This document shows, piece after piece, positions 38,730 to 48,871 of a stretch of 64,000 nucleotides of DNA. The stretch covers positions 256,001-320,000 of the forward strand of contig CAWAKC010000007.1 in the NCBI GenBank assembly GCA_963782525.1, read 5' to 3'. Numbering within the stretch: position 1 is the first letter of the stretch; every line of letters starts with the position of its first letter. This DNA comes from Candidatus Bathyarchaeota archaeon (GTDB taxonomy: Archaea; Thermoproteota; Bathyarchaeia; Bathyarchaeales; Bathycorpusculaceae). The notes below the pieces were generated by a model, which was not told where the DNA came from, did no database searches, and was given only the letters and a program-made list of their open reading frames with translations. A program made the translations under genes and the position numbers.

Positions 38730-38782
38730 TCTGTGTAAGAAATTGAAATAAGCAACCACCCCAATCTTCTAGCGGTGCAATT

Positions 38783-39442
38783 TTGTCTTCATTAGAAACC
38801 ATAATCCAAACCATAAAAACTGAGCTTATGCAGAAAAACCAGATCCGCGAAGACACACACGAAGCCATGCGCAAAGCCACCAGCCTCTCTAAACAGGCGA
38901 TTCTGCTAATTCATCAAAAAAGGCTTGAAGACGCCGCAGCAATGGTTAAGTGCGCAAAAGAAAAAATCGTTAACCTTCAAACACAAGCCAAACAGTACCC
39001 AGAAATCATCTACGGCGGCATGCTCAGCGCAGCATTCCAAGAGTACTCAGAAGCAAACATTTTTTTAGTTTTAGTTAAAGAAGACAGGCTTGTGACTCCA
39101 ATCGAAATTAACGTGCCCTCGGTCGATTACGTTTTGGGTTTAGCTGACGTTATTGGCGAATACAGACGTTTAGCATTGGATAATTTGCGTGAAGGCGAAG
39201 TAAAGAAGGGCGAGAGGTGCCTTGAAATCATGGATGATATATTCATTCAACTGTTAGCGCTCGACGAAGCCTATATGCTCGTTCCCGGCCTTCGACACAA
39301 ATCAGACACCGCAAGAAGAATCATAGAATCAACACGCGGCGACATCACCCTTGAGGTCCGCAGAAAATCCCTTGAAGACCAACTCAAACGGTTTGAACCA
39401 GCAAAATCTGCCAAACTTAAACCCCGAAAGGACAAACCCTAA
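38783..39442 (+). CDS. translin/TRAX family protein
   Basis: SK.AI..IH, QEYSEA, DYVLGLADVIGE.RR, LRHK.D.AR..IE.T. Confidence 0.9.
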   Translation: MSSLETIIQTIKTELMQKNQIREDTHEAMRKATSLSKQAILLIHQKRLEDAAAMVKCAKEKIVNLQTQAKQYPEIIYGGMLSAAFQEYSEANIFLVLVKEDRLVTPIEINVPSVDYVLGLADVIGEYRRLALDNLREGEVKKGERCLEIMDDIFIQLLALDEAYMLVPGLRHKSDTARRIIESTRGDITLEVRRKSLEDQLKRFEPAKSAKLKPRKDKP

Positions 39443-39444
39443 AA

Positions 39445-40131
39445 TTGACCAAGCTTTCCAAGAATTTCTCCGTAAAAAAAGCACACAACACACAGGTTTG
39501 CTTATCAAAAAAGCTGATTTTACAGGATAGGCCGCCGCAGAGAATCCGAACAGTCGGCGGTGTGGATGTTTCATAAGTTGGCACCGTCGGAATTGGTGCC
39601 GTAACAATATTAGATTACGAATCTTTGGAACGTTTAGAAGCCCAAGTGGCAATTTGCGAGGTTAAAATGCCCTACATTCCGACACTACTGTCGTTTAGGG
39701 AAATCCCGCCTGCCATGGCAGCAATCAAAAAACTAAAGATTCAGCTGGATGTTTTTCTAGTTGATGCCCAAGGATTCGCTCATCCCTACAGATGCGGGTT
39801 CGCCAGTCTCCTTGGCTTAGCGCAGAGAAAACCGACGATTGGCGCGGCAAAAAGCAGGTTAATTGGCACGGAAATGGAGAGGGACGGCAAGACATTGCTG
39901 GTTAATAATGACAAGGTTATCGGTGAAGTTGTAACCACAAAGCCAGACGCTAAACCCATCTACGTGAGCATTGGCCACATGGTCTCACTTGAAACCGCCG
40001 TAGAAATCGCCAAGCACTGTGCAAAAGGCAGAATTCCCGAGCCACTGCTGCAAGCCCACAATTTAGCAACAAAAACACGAATTCAGCTGACAAACAAAAG
40101 CAAAGTAAATAACCCAACACACCTAAACTAA
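39445..40131 (+). pseudogene. nfi: endonuclease V with in-frame TAA at 39574-39576
   Basis: An upstream in-frame segment MTKLSKNFSVKKAH...VGGVDVS*VG joins PYIPTLLSFRE, VDAQG.AHP, TIGAAKS and IYVSIGH. Confidence 0.85.
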
Positions 40132-40147
40132 ACCTGAGAGTGAATGC

Positions 40148-40480
40148 ATGGCTGAAGAAATAACATTCGCCGAATTCCAAAAAATAGACCTCCGCATAGG
40201 AAAAATCATCGAAGCAACCCAAGTTCCAGAATCAAAAAAACTAATCAAAATCATAGTTGATTTTGGCTCAGAAAAGCGTCAAGCCGTCGCTGGTTTGCTC
40301 AAGTACTACAAGCCTGAGGAGCTCGTGGGCAAAAAATGCGTTTTCCTCCTAAACCTGCAACGGCGCATGCTTGCAGGCATTGAATCGCAGTGCATGGTTT
40401 TAGCCGCTGAAGATGAAGCGGGCAACGTTGTGGTTTTGCAGCCAGAAAAAGATATTGCGGAAGGCAGTAAAATCGGTTAA
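40148..40480 (+). CDS. tRNA-binding OB-fold protein (Trbp111/MetG C-terminal domain/CsaA-like)
   Basis: F.KIDLRIGKI, KL....VDFG.E.RQ.VAG, NL..R...G..SQ.MVL. Confidence 0.9.
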   Translation: MAEEITFAEFQKIDLRIGKIIEATQVPESKKLIKIIVDFGSEKRQAVAGLLKYYKPEELVGKKCVFLLNLQRRMLAGIESQCMVLAAEDEAGNVVVLQPEKDIAEGSKIG

Positions 40481-40568
40481 TCCAGACTCAAATTCCCAGT
40501 TTTTTGGTAGGGAAAGATAAAATAGTAATTAGAGCAAGTATTCAGTAGTTTATTTGGAAGGTTAACTT

Positions 40569-41576
40569 ATGGCTGTTAATGAAGAAGCACTTATGTGGGT
40601 CGAGAAATACCGCCCCAAAACCCTCGACGAGGTCGTTGGATTAAAAGACATCATTGAGAGTATCAAAGCGTTCATGAAGAACCCAAAAACTATGCCGCAC
40701 CTCATGCTGGCCGGGATTCCGGGCACAGGGAAAACCACCATAGCCCTCGCTATCGCGCACACCCTCTACGGCGCGAATTGGCGAAACTTCACTTTAGAAT
40801 TGAACGCTTCTGACGAGAGAGGAATCGACACCGTCCGCGAGAGAATCAAAGATTTCTCAAGATACAGCCGCTCAAGCTTCGGCGAGATACCGTTCTCATT
40901 AATAATACTCGACGAATGTGACCAGATGACTGGCCCCGCTCAAACGGCACTAAGACGCATAATGGAAACCAGCAGCCGCACCTCCAGGTTCATCTTAATC
41001 TGTAACCAATCCAGCAAAATCATCGAGCCCATCCAAAGCCGCTGCGCTATCTTCCGCTTCTCACGTCTAGACAAACAAGCCATGAAAGAACATCTACAAT
41101 GCATCGCCAAAAGAGAAAACGTAACCTTGCTGCCTGAAGCCGCAGATAAAATTGTGGATTTCTCGGAAGGCGACCTAAGGCACGCTATAAACGCGTTACA
41201 GACTGCTTCAGCTTACAAGGATGGCTGCGTAGACGACAAAACGGTTGCGTTAGTCATCGGTGAAGCCAGCCCAAGCCAAGTACAAAAGATGATACGGAAA
41301 GCACTCTATGGTGATTTCATTGAATCACGCAAAACAATGTATGAAATAATGGGTTCATTCGGCTTCTCGGGTTCAGAAATTATCCGCCAAATCCAGCGTG
41401 AAATCTTCAAAATGTCCGATTTAACACCCGAACAGAAAGCAGAGCTCTCAAACATAATAGGAGACTATGACTTCCGCTTGACGCAGGGCGCAAACAGCGA
41501 TATTCAACTAAGCGCTTTGTTGGCGCAGTTTGGAAAGTTTGGGAAGAACGTAGAGGAAACTTATGCAGGCAAATGA
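40569..41576 (+). CDS. rfcS: replication factor C small subunit
   Basis: WVEKYRP, GIPGTGKTT, LELNASDERGID, LDECD, IQSRC. Confidence 0.97.
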   Translation: MAVNEEALMWVEKYRPKTLDEVVGLKDIIESIKAFMKNPKTMPHLMLAGIPGTGKTTIALAIAHTLYGANWRNFTLELNASDERGIDTVRERIKDFSRYSRSSFGEIPFSLIILDECDQMTGPAQTALRRIMETSSRTSRFILICNQSSKIIEPIQSRCAIFRFSRLDKQAMKEHLQCIAKRENVTLLPEAADKIVDFSEGDLRHAINALQTASAYKDGCVDDKTVALVIGEASPSQVQKMIRKALYGDFIESRKTMYEIMGSFGFSGSEIIRQIQREIFKMSDLTPEQKAELSNIIGDYDFRLTQGANSDIQLSALLAQFGKFGKNVEETYAGK

Positions 41577-42804
41577 TCTGCTTTGGGTAGAAAAGTACCG
41601 CCCAAAAAAGATTGAAGACATCATCGGCAACGAAGAAGCTATAGCATCCTTTGTTGAGTGGCTTAAGACTAAGCGTAAAAGCAAAAAAGCTGTGTTGCTC
41701 TATGGACCGCCTGGCGTGGGAAAAACGGCTTTGGTTAATGCTGCTGCAAGGGAGTTCGGCTTTACCATTATCGAGATGAATGCCAGCGACACCCGGTCTG
41801 AAAAAGCCATCAATGCGGTTGCTAAACCAGCCACCTCTTATGTTGCCTTAGACAACTTTTCAACAAGCCAGACTAAAGGCAAAGGAAACTTGCTTTTCCT
41901 TGACGAAGTCGACGGCATCGCAGGCAACGAAGACCGAGGCGGCGTTAGCGCAATAATAAAAATCGTAGGAGAAGCGCTTACACCGGTCATAATGGCAGCT
42001 AACGATCCCGACGTTGAAAAACTTCGTCCGCTAAAGAAAGTCTGCCTGCTCATACGTTTCCAACAAATACGCATACCACTTGTAATTGCTTTGCTACAAA
42101 AAATCTGTCTGTTGGAGCATATCAAAGCTGAGTTTGAGGCACTCGAAAGAATTGCCCAAAACAGCCGAGGCGATGTGCGCTCAGCCATAAACGACTTGCA
42201 GAGCCTCAGCGAAGAAAACCACTCGCTAACCTTGCAGGACACTGCGATGTTGAGTTCCCGAAACAAAGACATTAGTATGGACGATATTCTTCGAGGCTTC
42301 TTTTCTGCAAAATCAATCGCGGAAGTCTCCTCATTACTGAGTTATTCAAGCGTTGACTACGACGATTTCCTGCTCTCAGTAAGCGACAACCTTCCTAGAC
42401 GCTACACTGATCCCTCGGAGCTTGCCGCAGCATACGACTTTGTTTCCCAAGCTGACATGTTCCGCGGCAGAATCGGAACCGAATACTGGCATCTACTCAA
42501 GTACTTCTTCAACGACCTCTCACAAGCCGCTGCAGTAAACCCCCAATCCTACAAACCCTTTGAATTCATCTCGCCACCAATTCGCATAATTACACTATTT
42601 TGGACCAAGGGCAAAAGAACCATGCTTGACGGCATATGCGGCAAAATCGGCGCCAAATGCCACGTTTCCCACAGCAAAGCCAAGCACGATTTCGTTCCCT
42701 TTGTGAAGATGCTTTTGCAGAAACAAAAAAATAGTCCCTTGATCGCATGGTTTGAATTTTCTCCTGAAGAAGTTGATTTCCTGGTTAAGATAAACAGGTT
42801 CTGA
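41563..42804 (+). CDS. rfcL: replication factor C large subunit
   Basis: WVEKYRP, GPPGVGKT, EMNASDTR, LDEVDG..G..DRGG, GDVRSAINDLQ. Confidence 0.94.
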   Translation: MQANDLLWVEKYRPKKIEDIIGNEEAIASFVEWLKTKRKSKKAVLLYGPPGVGKTALVNAAAREFGFTIIEMNASDTRSEKAINAVAKPATSYVALDNFSTSQTKGKGNLLFLDEVDGIAGNEDRGGVSAIIKIVGEALTPVIMAANDPDVEKLRPLKKVCLLIRFQQIRIPLVIALLQKICLLEHIKAEFEALERIAQNSRGDVRSAINDLQSLSEENHSLTLQDTAMLSSRNKDISMDDILRGFFSAKSIAEVSSLLSYSSVDYDDFLLSVSDNLPRRYTDPSELAAAYDFVSQADMFRGRIGTEYWHLLKYFFNDLSQAAAVNPQSYKPFEFISPPIRIITLFWTKGKRTMLDGICGKIGAKCHVSHSKAKHDFVPFVKMLLQKQKNSPLIAWFEFSPEEVDFLVKINRF

Positions 42805-42809
42805 GGAAT

Positions 42810-43145
42810 ATGGTGGTTTTGAATAAGAAAGCCTTCAAGCTTCCGCGGGTTGAAAAAGACAAGTTCGTACTTTTGATGCATTTAGGATGCGATTATAACC
42901 GTGACCAAGGCGTTTTCTCCATTAAAAGTTACAATAACATCGAGAAGCTCATGGAAACCATCAGCGGCATTCTTGACAATGAAGTGATTTTTCTTCAAAG
43001 TTGCACTCGCTGCGGCAAAGATTTCGCGTGCGGCGAATGCAAATACGACGAATTATGCACTACCAAAAATTTGCCGTTTGGCTGTGTCTGCCCTCAATGT
43101 TTGAGGGATAGGAAGCATTTTGAACAGTACCTTGAAAAGTTTTAA
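42810..43145 (+). CDS. hypothetical Cys-rich (zinc-binding) protein
   Basis: CTRC....CGEC....C.......CVCPQC. Starts 5 nt after rfcL with a GAGG RBS-like element. Confidence 0.75.
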   Translation: MVVLNKKAFKLPRVEKDKFVLLMHLGCDYNRDQGVFSIKSYNNIEKLMETISGILDNEVIFLQSCTRCGKDFACGECKYDELCTTKNLPFGCVCPQCLRDRKHFEQYLEKF

Positions 43146-43376
43146 GTGCATTTCATTTGACAAAACTTTAGTTGTCTTTAGCACTTTAACGCTAAGTTAT
43201 TGGTTAATAATTAAGCAGTTTAACTCAATTAATCAATCAAATTTTGTTGCAAAGCAAAGCACCTCATATTCAGAAAACATTCCGTATACAAAAGCATCAA
43301 CCAATCCCACAAAACAAGCAAAGGGTAAGTCTTATCTAACCATTTTAGTTTAACAATTACAGCAGAAGGCTCGTTT

Positions 43377-44627
43377 ATGGCTGAAGAAAACACCGCGTTA
43401 AGCGTCGCACTTTCTCAACTCAAGTTAGCATCAAAAAAGTTGGGGCTCGACTCAGGCATGCACAAGATGCTAAGCCAGCCCAAACGCTCAATCTCCGTGA
43501 GCATAGACATCCGCATGGACAACGGCGCTGTCAACGTCTTCAACGGTGTACGCGTTCAACATTGGGATGCACGGGGACCCTTCAAAGGCGGAATCCGCTA
43601 TGCGCCCGGCATCACCATTGACGAAGTTATCGCGCTTGCAATGCTTATGACTTGGAAATGCGCCATCGCCAACCTACCCTTCGGCGGAGCCAAAGGCGGC
43701 ATCTGCGTGGATACCAAAAAACTCAGCCAGCATGAGCTGGAACGATTAACCCGCAGGTACGTCAGCTTAATCTCAGAGTACCTTGGTCCACACATGGATA
43801 TTCCAGCGCCAGACATGTACACCGACTCGCAGACCATGGCATGGATAATGGACACTTACAGCCAACTTAAAGGCTACCGAATCCCAGAAAGTGCCACAGG
43901 TAAACCCGTCGAGATCGGCGGGTCATGGGGCAGAACCGAAGCCACAGGCAGAGGCGTAATCCACTGCGTTAAACAGGCTTCAGAGAACAACGGCTTAAAA
44001 CTCAAAGGCGCCCCAGTCGTCATTCAAGGCTTCGGAAATGTCGGCTACCACTCAGCAGTTGCGGCACAGGAAATCGGCTGCAAAGTCATAGCCGTGAGCG
44101 ATTCCACAGGTGGCATCCACTGCCAAGATGGCTTAAACCCCCCAGACATTTTAGCACACAAAGAAAAAACAGGCACCGTCCAAAACTACAAGGGCTGCAA
44201 GAACATAACCAACCAAGAACTCCTCGAACTTGAATGCGACGTGCTAATTCCTGCGGCACTTGAAAATCAAATTACCCGTAAGAACGCCGACAAGATTAAC
44301 ACTCACATGGTCGCCGAAGCCGCAAACGGACCAACCACCCCAGAAGCTGACAAAATCCTTTATGAAAAAGAAATCTGCCTTATCCCTGACATCCTCGCAA
44401 ACAGCGGCGGCGTAACCGTCAGCTATTTTGAGTGGGTGCAAAATTTGACGCGGGAGCAGTGGCCATTGGAAGTGGTCAATCGGAAATTGGAGGAGAAGAT
44501 GACTAAAGCCTTCAACGATGTAGAAGCGATTGTTACCAAGGAAGAAAGCGACATGCGCACGGGCGCCCTAATGCTGGGAGTGGGAAGAGTAGCGAACGCA
44601 ATCAAAGTACTGGGATTATGGCCATAA
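43377..44627 (+). CDS. gdhA: glutamate dehydrogenase (Glu/Leu/Phe/Val dehydrogenase)
   Basis: RGPFKGGIRY, MTWKCA, FGGAKGG, DIPAPD, QGFGNVG, EAANGP, ANSGGVTVSYFEWVQN. Confidence 0.93.
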   Translation: MAEENTALSVALSQLKLASKKLGLDSGMHKMLSQPKRSISVSIDIRMDNGAVNVFNGVRVQHWDARGPFKGGIRYAPGITIDEVIALAMLMTWKCAIANLPFGGAKGGICVDTKKLSQHELERLTRRYVSLISEYLGPHMDIPAPDMYTDSQTMAWIMDTYSQLKGYRIPESATGKPVEIGGSWGRTEATGRGVIHCVKQASENNGLKLKGAPVVIQGFGNVGYHSAVAAQEIGCKVIAVSDSTGGIHCQDGLNPPDILAHKEKTGTVQNYKGCKNITNQELLELECDVLIPAALENQITRKNADKINTHMVAEAANGPTTPEADKILYEKEICLIPDILANSGGVTVSYFEWVQNLTREQWPLEVVNRKLEEKMTKAFNDVEAIVTKEESDMRTGALMLGVGRVANAIKVLGLWP

Positions 44628-44701
44628 CCCTATCAAATCGGCTTGTGACCGCAAATCTAAATAGCGCAAATGACCCAAAGTATCTAAAGATAGGAGCCGA
44701 T

Positions 44702-45864
44702 TTGAACAAACGCTTTGTGCTGGTTTTAGTTCTTATTGGGCTAATCGTGTTATCTGTTTCTTCACTAAAGCCTACTGCCGCAACCGGCGATAGCTGGGTA
44801 TCTAAAGCGCCTTATGCCTACGGCTAGAAGTTACTTGGGTGTTGCCGTTGTCGATAACAAAATATATGCAATCGGAGGATCCAGCAACCGAGGTTATGAA
44901 AATATTACCGAACAATATGACCATGTCACCGACACATGGTCAACCAAAGCTCCCATGCCTACAGCGAAAGATAATTTTGCCGTAGCGGTCTATCAGAACA
45001 AAATTTATACTTTCGGCGGATTTACTTTCGGAGACCCTTTCTCATACAGTAACGCAACCGAAGTTTATGATCCTGCCTCTGATAACTGGACTACTACAGC
45101 GTCAATGCCAATCAATGCCTGATTCCGCTTACTTATGTGCACATACTGTAAAAGACAAAATTTACTTTTTTTATGGATAATTATGATTATGAAAATAACA
45201 GAACAATGATTTAGTTTATGAACCAAAAACAGACGTTTGGACGACTAATATTTTGACGTTTCATTAATGATGACATATCGGCAGCCATCAGTAACCAAAT
45301 TTATTTTCCCAACGATCCAGGCAAATGGAATGTTTACAACACTGAAACCGATAATTGGACTTTACGCGCATCCTGCCCATACTTTTTTGATGGTAAAGCG
45401 GTTACAACGAACGGAGAATTTACTCCAATCCGCAGGTACGTTTTTGGGGTTAAAAGTGAAACAGATCAAGATCCCATGCCTACTAGAATTTATGACCCTA
45501 AAAATGATTCGTGGACCTTTGGCGCCGATGTACCCACCAATCGACATGACTTCGGGGTAGCGGTTGTAAACGATACGATTTACGCAATCGGAGGCCCGTA
45601 AAGTTTACTTATCCCTGGCCTAACGACTATGCCGTGTTAAAATTAAACTCTGCTAACGAACAGTATATTCCTGCAGGCTACGGGACCCCTGACCCAGCAT
45701 ATCAGCCGCCGACAGCAACGCCACAACTAACTACATTAACAAACTCAGAACCAGCAAGCCAGCAAACTCTCTTCATAGCTTTTGTTGCAGTAATAGCGAT
45801 AGCTGCGTTGGCAAGTCTTATTCTCTTTTGGTCAAGAAAAAAACAATCAGGAAAAAACAAATGA
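44702..45864 (+). pseudogene. Kelch-repeat surface protein, multiply frameshifted
   Basis: Signal peptide, then SWVSKAP/MPTARSYLGVAVVDNKIYAIGG, YDP..D.W repeats scattered over different frames, and a C-terminal TM plus RKK. Confidence 0.85.
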
Positions 45865-46183
45865 AAGTTACCCCTTAGCCGAATGGAACAGCTATCTATT
45901 CAGAAATGCTTGTTTTTGTTCTGCTTGTGGCTGGTTGTACAATTGAAAAGCAAACCTGAACCTATCTCAGATAGCAAAAACTGCCAATTTATGCAGTTCA
46001 TAGGTTATTTTGCTATAGGAACTCTTCCGCCATAACTTCTAAGTTTAAAAATGAGCGTAAAAATGCAGAAAACAGCCGAATTCTATTCCGAAAAGTTCTA
46101 CAAATCTAGTGCAAACCCTTAAAACTCCTATCGCTATATGTGTTGAACCCCGAAAAGAGCACTGAGTTGAGAGGGAATAGGGT

Positions 46184-46741
46184 TTGGCAGCGAAAATATA
46201 CACTTTGGACTTTTGCTATGAGAACTCGCTAGTTAAAATCGTGGCGAATCGTAACTGTCCAGAAATTAAGCTTGCCGGGTTAACTGTCGGTCCCTTCGAC
46301 GAAGGCAACGAATATGAAGTGTATTTTTGGGTAGCTAAAGAAATAGCGTCTGCAGGCATGGTTCATTTTCGGGAAGGCGAAATGCTTGACGCTACTAGAC
46401 TGTTTCAGTTACAATGGAAGGAAGGAGTGCAGATTCCAGGGCAAATATCCGATTTACCTGGCGATTTCTACCCTAAATTGCGTCGGTTCATCGGTGACCT
46501 AAAAGACCAAACCCAAAAACAACCTGACGCAGTAAAATTCCAGGAATACGACCGGGCGCGGCAATTAGCGCGTGACATCGTGAATTCTCGGCTAAAAAAA
46601 ATTGTTGCTTTATCTGCGGCTCCAGCCCAAAGTGACCAGGTTCTAAAAAAACTTACAAGCGAAGAAAGACTAGTCTACGAGCAACTAGTAAAAATCATCT
46701 CCGAGTGGAAAACAAGAATTTTAGAGAGTGGAGAGAAGTAG
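46184..46741 (+). CDS. GINS complex subunit (Gins23-type)
   Basis: N-terminal B domain (GPF.EG...EV.FWVA), LP.DFY...R, I...RL.KI, LT.EE. Immediately upstream of mcm. Confidence 0.8.
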   Translation: MAAKIYTLDFCYENSLVKIVANRNCPEIKLAGLTVGPFDEGNEYEVYFWVAKEIASAGMVHFREGEMLDATRLFQLQWKEGVQIPGQISDLPGDFYPKLRRFIGDLKDQTQKQPDAVKFQEYDRARQLARDIVNSRLKKIVALSAAPAQSDQVLKKLTSEERLVYEQLVKIISEWKTRILESGEK

Positions 46742-46742
46742 G

Positions 46743-48776
46743 ATGGCTAAGCTTGAAACCATCGATCCTCAGCAGCGGTTCCAAGAGTTCTTCAAGAAAG
46801 AAAAGTACCGACAGAGAATCGCGCAATTAGCCATTTCGGGCAAGGGTTCATTAAGCATCGATTTTGAAGAGCTCTACGGCTTTGATCAGGCACTCGCTGA
46901 GCTGTTACTCAACAAGCCCGAAGAATACCTGCAACATGCTGGTAAAGGAGCTTACGAGCAGCTTCGCATTGAAGATGCTGAATATGCTGAGAAAATAGAG
47001 AAAGTCATAGTTAGAATCGTAAAGCTTCTGGGCAAAGAAGTTCTTCGAAAGCTCGGCTCAAGACAGATGAGCAAGCTTGTCATGATTGAAGGCATCGTGG
47101 TTCGGGCTACTCCTGTGCGACCTATGGTTCAGCTTGGAGCCTTTAAATGCAAACGCTGCGGCACCATGAACCTAGTTGAGCAAACTGGGCAGTTCTTGAA
47201 GGCCCCTTCGGTTTGCGTTGCGCCCGATTGCGGTCGAGATGGACCATTTGAGTTTAGTCAAGAAGAATCCACTTTCATTGATTCACAGGACCTGAGGTTG
47301 CAGGAAAAACCAGAGGATTTACCTCCAGGACAACTTCCTCGTGTGTTAGCTGTGAAGCTTGTAGGCGACGAAATAGTCGATGTGGCACGACCAGGAGACC
47401 ACGTATCCATAGTTGGCACTGTGCGTGCTTTTGCACCGTCACTAATGGGCATGGGGAAACTGCGCACATTCATCCTCCAACTAGACGCCAACTCCATAGA
47501 AGTCTTGGGCAAAGAACCAGAAACCTCTCCGCCCACACCTGAAGAAGAAGCAAAAATGATCGAACTATCCAAAGACCCCTTAGTGCACAGAAAAATCATG
47601 ACTTCCATCGCACCCTCAATCTTCGGCTTAGAACACATCAAAGAAGCAATAATGTACCTACTGTTCGGTGGAGTTTCAAAGAGCCTCCCTGACGTAAACG
47701 TGAGGGGCGAAATGAACGCATTGCTCATCGGTGACCCAGGCACAGCCAAATCACAGTTGCTCCAGTACGTCGCCAGAATAGCGCCAAGAGGCTTGTACAC
47801 ATCGGGCAGAGGCACAACCGCGGCAGGCTTAACCGCAGCCGTAGTTCGAGAGAAGGGCGGAAGCATGAGTCTAGAAGCAGGAGCATTGGTCCTCGCCGAC
47901 AAAGGAATCGCATGCATCGACGAAATGGATAAAATGCGACCTGAAGACCGCGTTGCCATCCACGAAGCCATGGAACAGCACACGGTTTCAGTAGCAAAAG
48001 GCGGCATCGTGGCCACACTAAACGCAAGGACCGCGGTCCTAGCAGCGGCGAACCCATCGTTGGGCAGGTATGAACCTAACCGAACTGTTGCAGAAAACAT
48101 TTCCCTGCCTGTAACCATCCTTTCACGTTTTGACTTGATCTTCGTTCTGCGAGATGTGCCAAACAAAGAATCCGACAACAAAATGTCAAGACACATCTTG
48201 GAGATACACCGCAGAGGAGTAAGCCCTGTAGAAGCCCAAGTCGACGCTGAACTCCTGCGCAAATACGTCAGTTTTGCCAAGAGCATCAAGCCAGAACTCA
48301 GCATGGACGCGTTAAACCGCCTAAGCGACTTCTACTTAGCAATGCGTTCAGCAAGCGAAACCGAAGGCTCCCCCGTAGCAATAACTGCTCGTCAGCTGGA
48401 ATCTCTAGTTCGTGTTGCCGAAGCCCGAGCGCGTGTTGCGCTGCGCAAGGAAGTCACTGCAGCCGATGCAGATGCAGCCATAGCAATTATGAAGCGGTCA
48501 CTAGAAGAAGTTGGAATCGACCTCTCATCCTACAAAGTTGACATCGACTTGATTATGACTGGCAGATCCAAGAGCATCCGAGACAGATTATCCACGGTGC
48601 TGTCAACACTTATGGATATGGAGAAGATAACAGGCATCGTTGAGAAAGATGCGTTGGTTAACGAGTTGGAAACCAAGCATAAGATTTCGAGAGGCGAAAT
48701 CGAACGCATGCTTAGCCAACTGCTACGGGAAGGAACAATTTATGAACCACGCGAAGGATGCTTGAAGAAGACGTAG
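46743..48776 (+). CDS. mcm: MCM replicative helicase
   Basis: Zn motif CKRC...C..C, GDPGTAKSQ, IDEMDKM, HEAMEQ, LSRFD and a C-terminal winged helix. No intein. Confidence 0.97.
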   Translation: MAKLETIDPQQRFQEFFKKEKYRQRIAQLAISGKGSLSIDFEELYGFDQALAELLLNKPEEYLQHAGKGAYEQLRIEDAEYAEKIEKVIVRIVKLLGKEVLRKLGSRQMSKLVMIEGIVVRATPVRPMVQLGAFKCKRCGTMNLVEQTGQFLKAPSVCVAPDCGRDGPFEFSQEESTFIDSQDLRLQEKPEDLPPGQLPRVLAVKLVGDEIVDVARPGDHVSIVGTVRAFAPSLMGMGKLRTFILQLDANSIEVLGKEPETSPPTPEEEAKMIELSKDPLVHRKIMTSIAPSIFGLEHIKEAIMYLLFGGVSKSLPDVNVRGEMNALLIGDPGTAKSQLLQYVARIAPRGLYTSGRGTTAAGLTAAVVREKGGSMSLEAGALVLADKGIACIDEMDKMRPEDRVAIHEAMEQHTVSVAKGGIVATLNARTAVLAAANPSLGRYEPNRTVAENISLPVTILSRFDLIFVLRDVPNKESDNKMSRHILEIHRRGVSPVEAQVDAELLRKYVSFAKSIKPELSMDALNRLSDFYLAMRSASETEGSPVAITARQLESLVRVAEARARVALRKEVTAADADAAIAIMKRSLEEVGIDLSSYKVDIDLIMTGRSKSIRDRLSTVLSTLMDMEKITGIVEKDALVNELETKHKISRGEIERMLSQLLREGTIYEPREGCLKKT

Positions 48777-48800
48777 GCTCAATTGGAACAGAGGAGAAGT

Positions 48801-48828
48801 TGCCTTTTTTCGCCCTTTGGCGATGGCA
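48801..48828. terminator. hairpin TCGCC-CTTT-GGCGA between convergent mcm and PAC2 genes
   Basis: Short stem with an adjacent T6 tract. Confidence 0.3.
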
Positions 48829-48871
48829 CAGCAGCTCTCAATATAGTTGAGATAATAAAGAAAGTTTTTGG

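Noticed and set aside
43120-43353. 77-aa ORF upstream of gdhA
   Set aside because: AT-rich promoter-region sequence overlapping the previous gene, with no coding features.
47258-48304. Long antisense ORF (348 aa) and many similar shadow ORFs in the track
   Set aside because: They lie opposite or within well-supported genes (mcm, cysK, fae-hps and others) and have no recognisable motifs.
40569-48776. Inteins in RFC or MCM; replication origin near these genes
   Set aside because: Protein lengths and motifs are continuous. No orc1/cdc6 gene or ORB-like repeats were seen.
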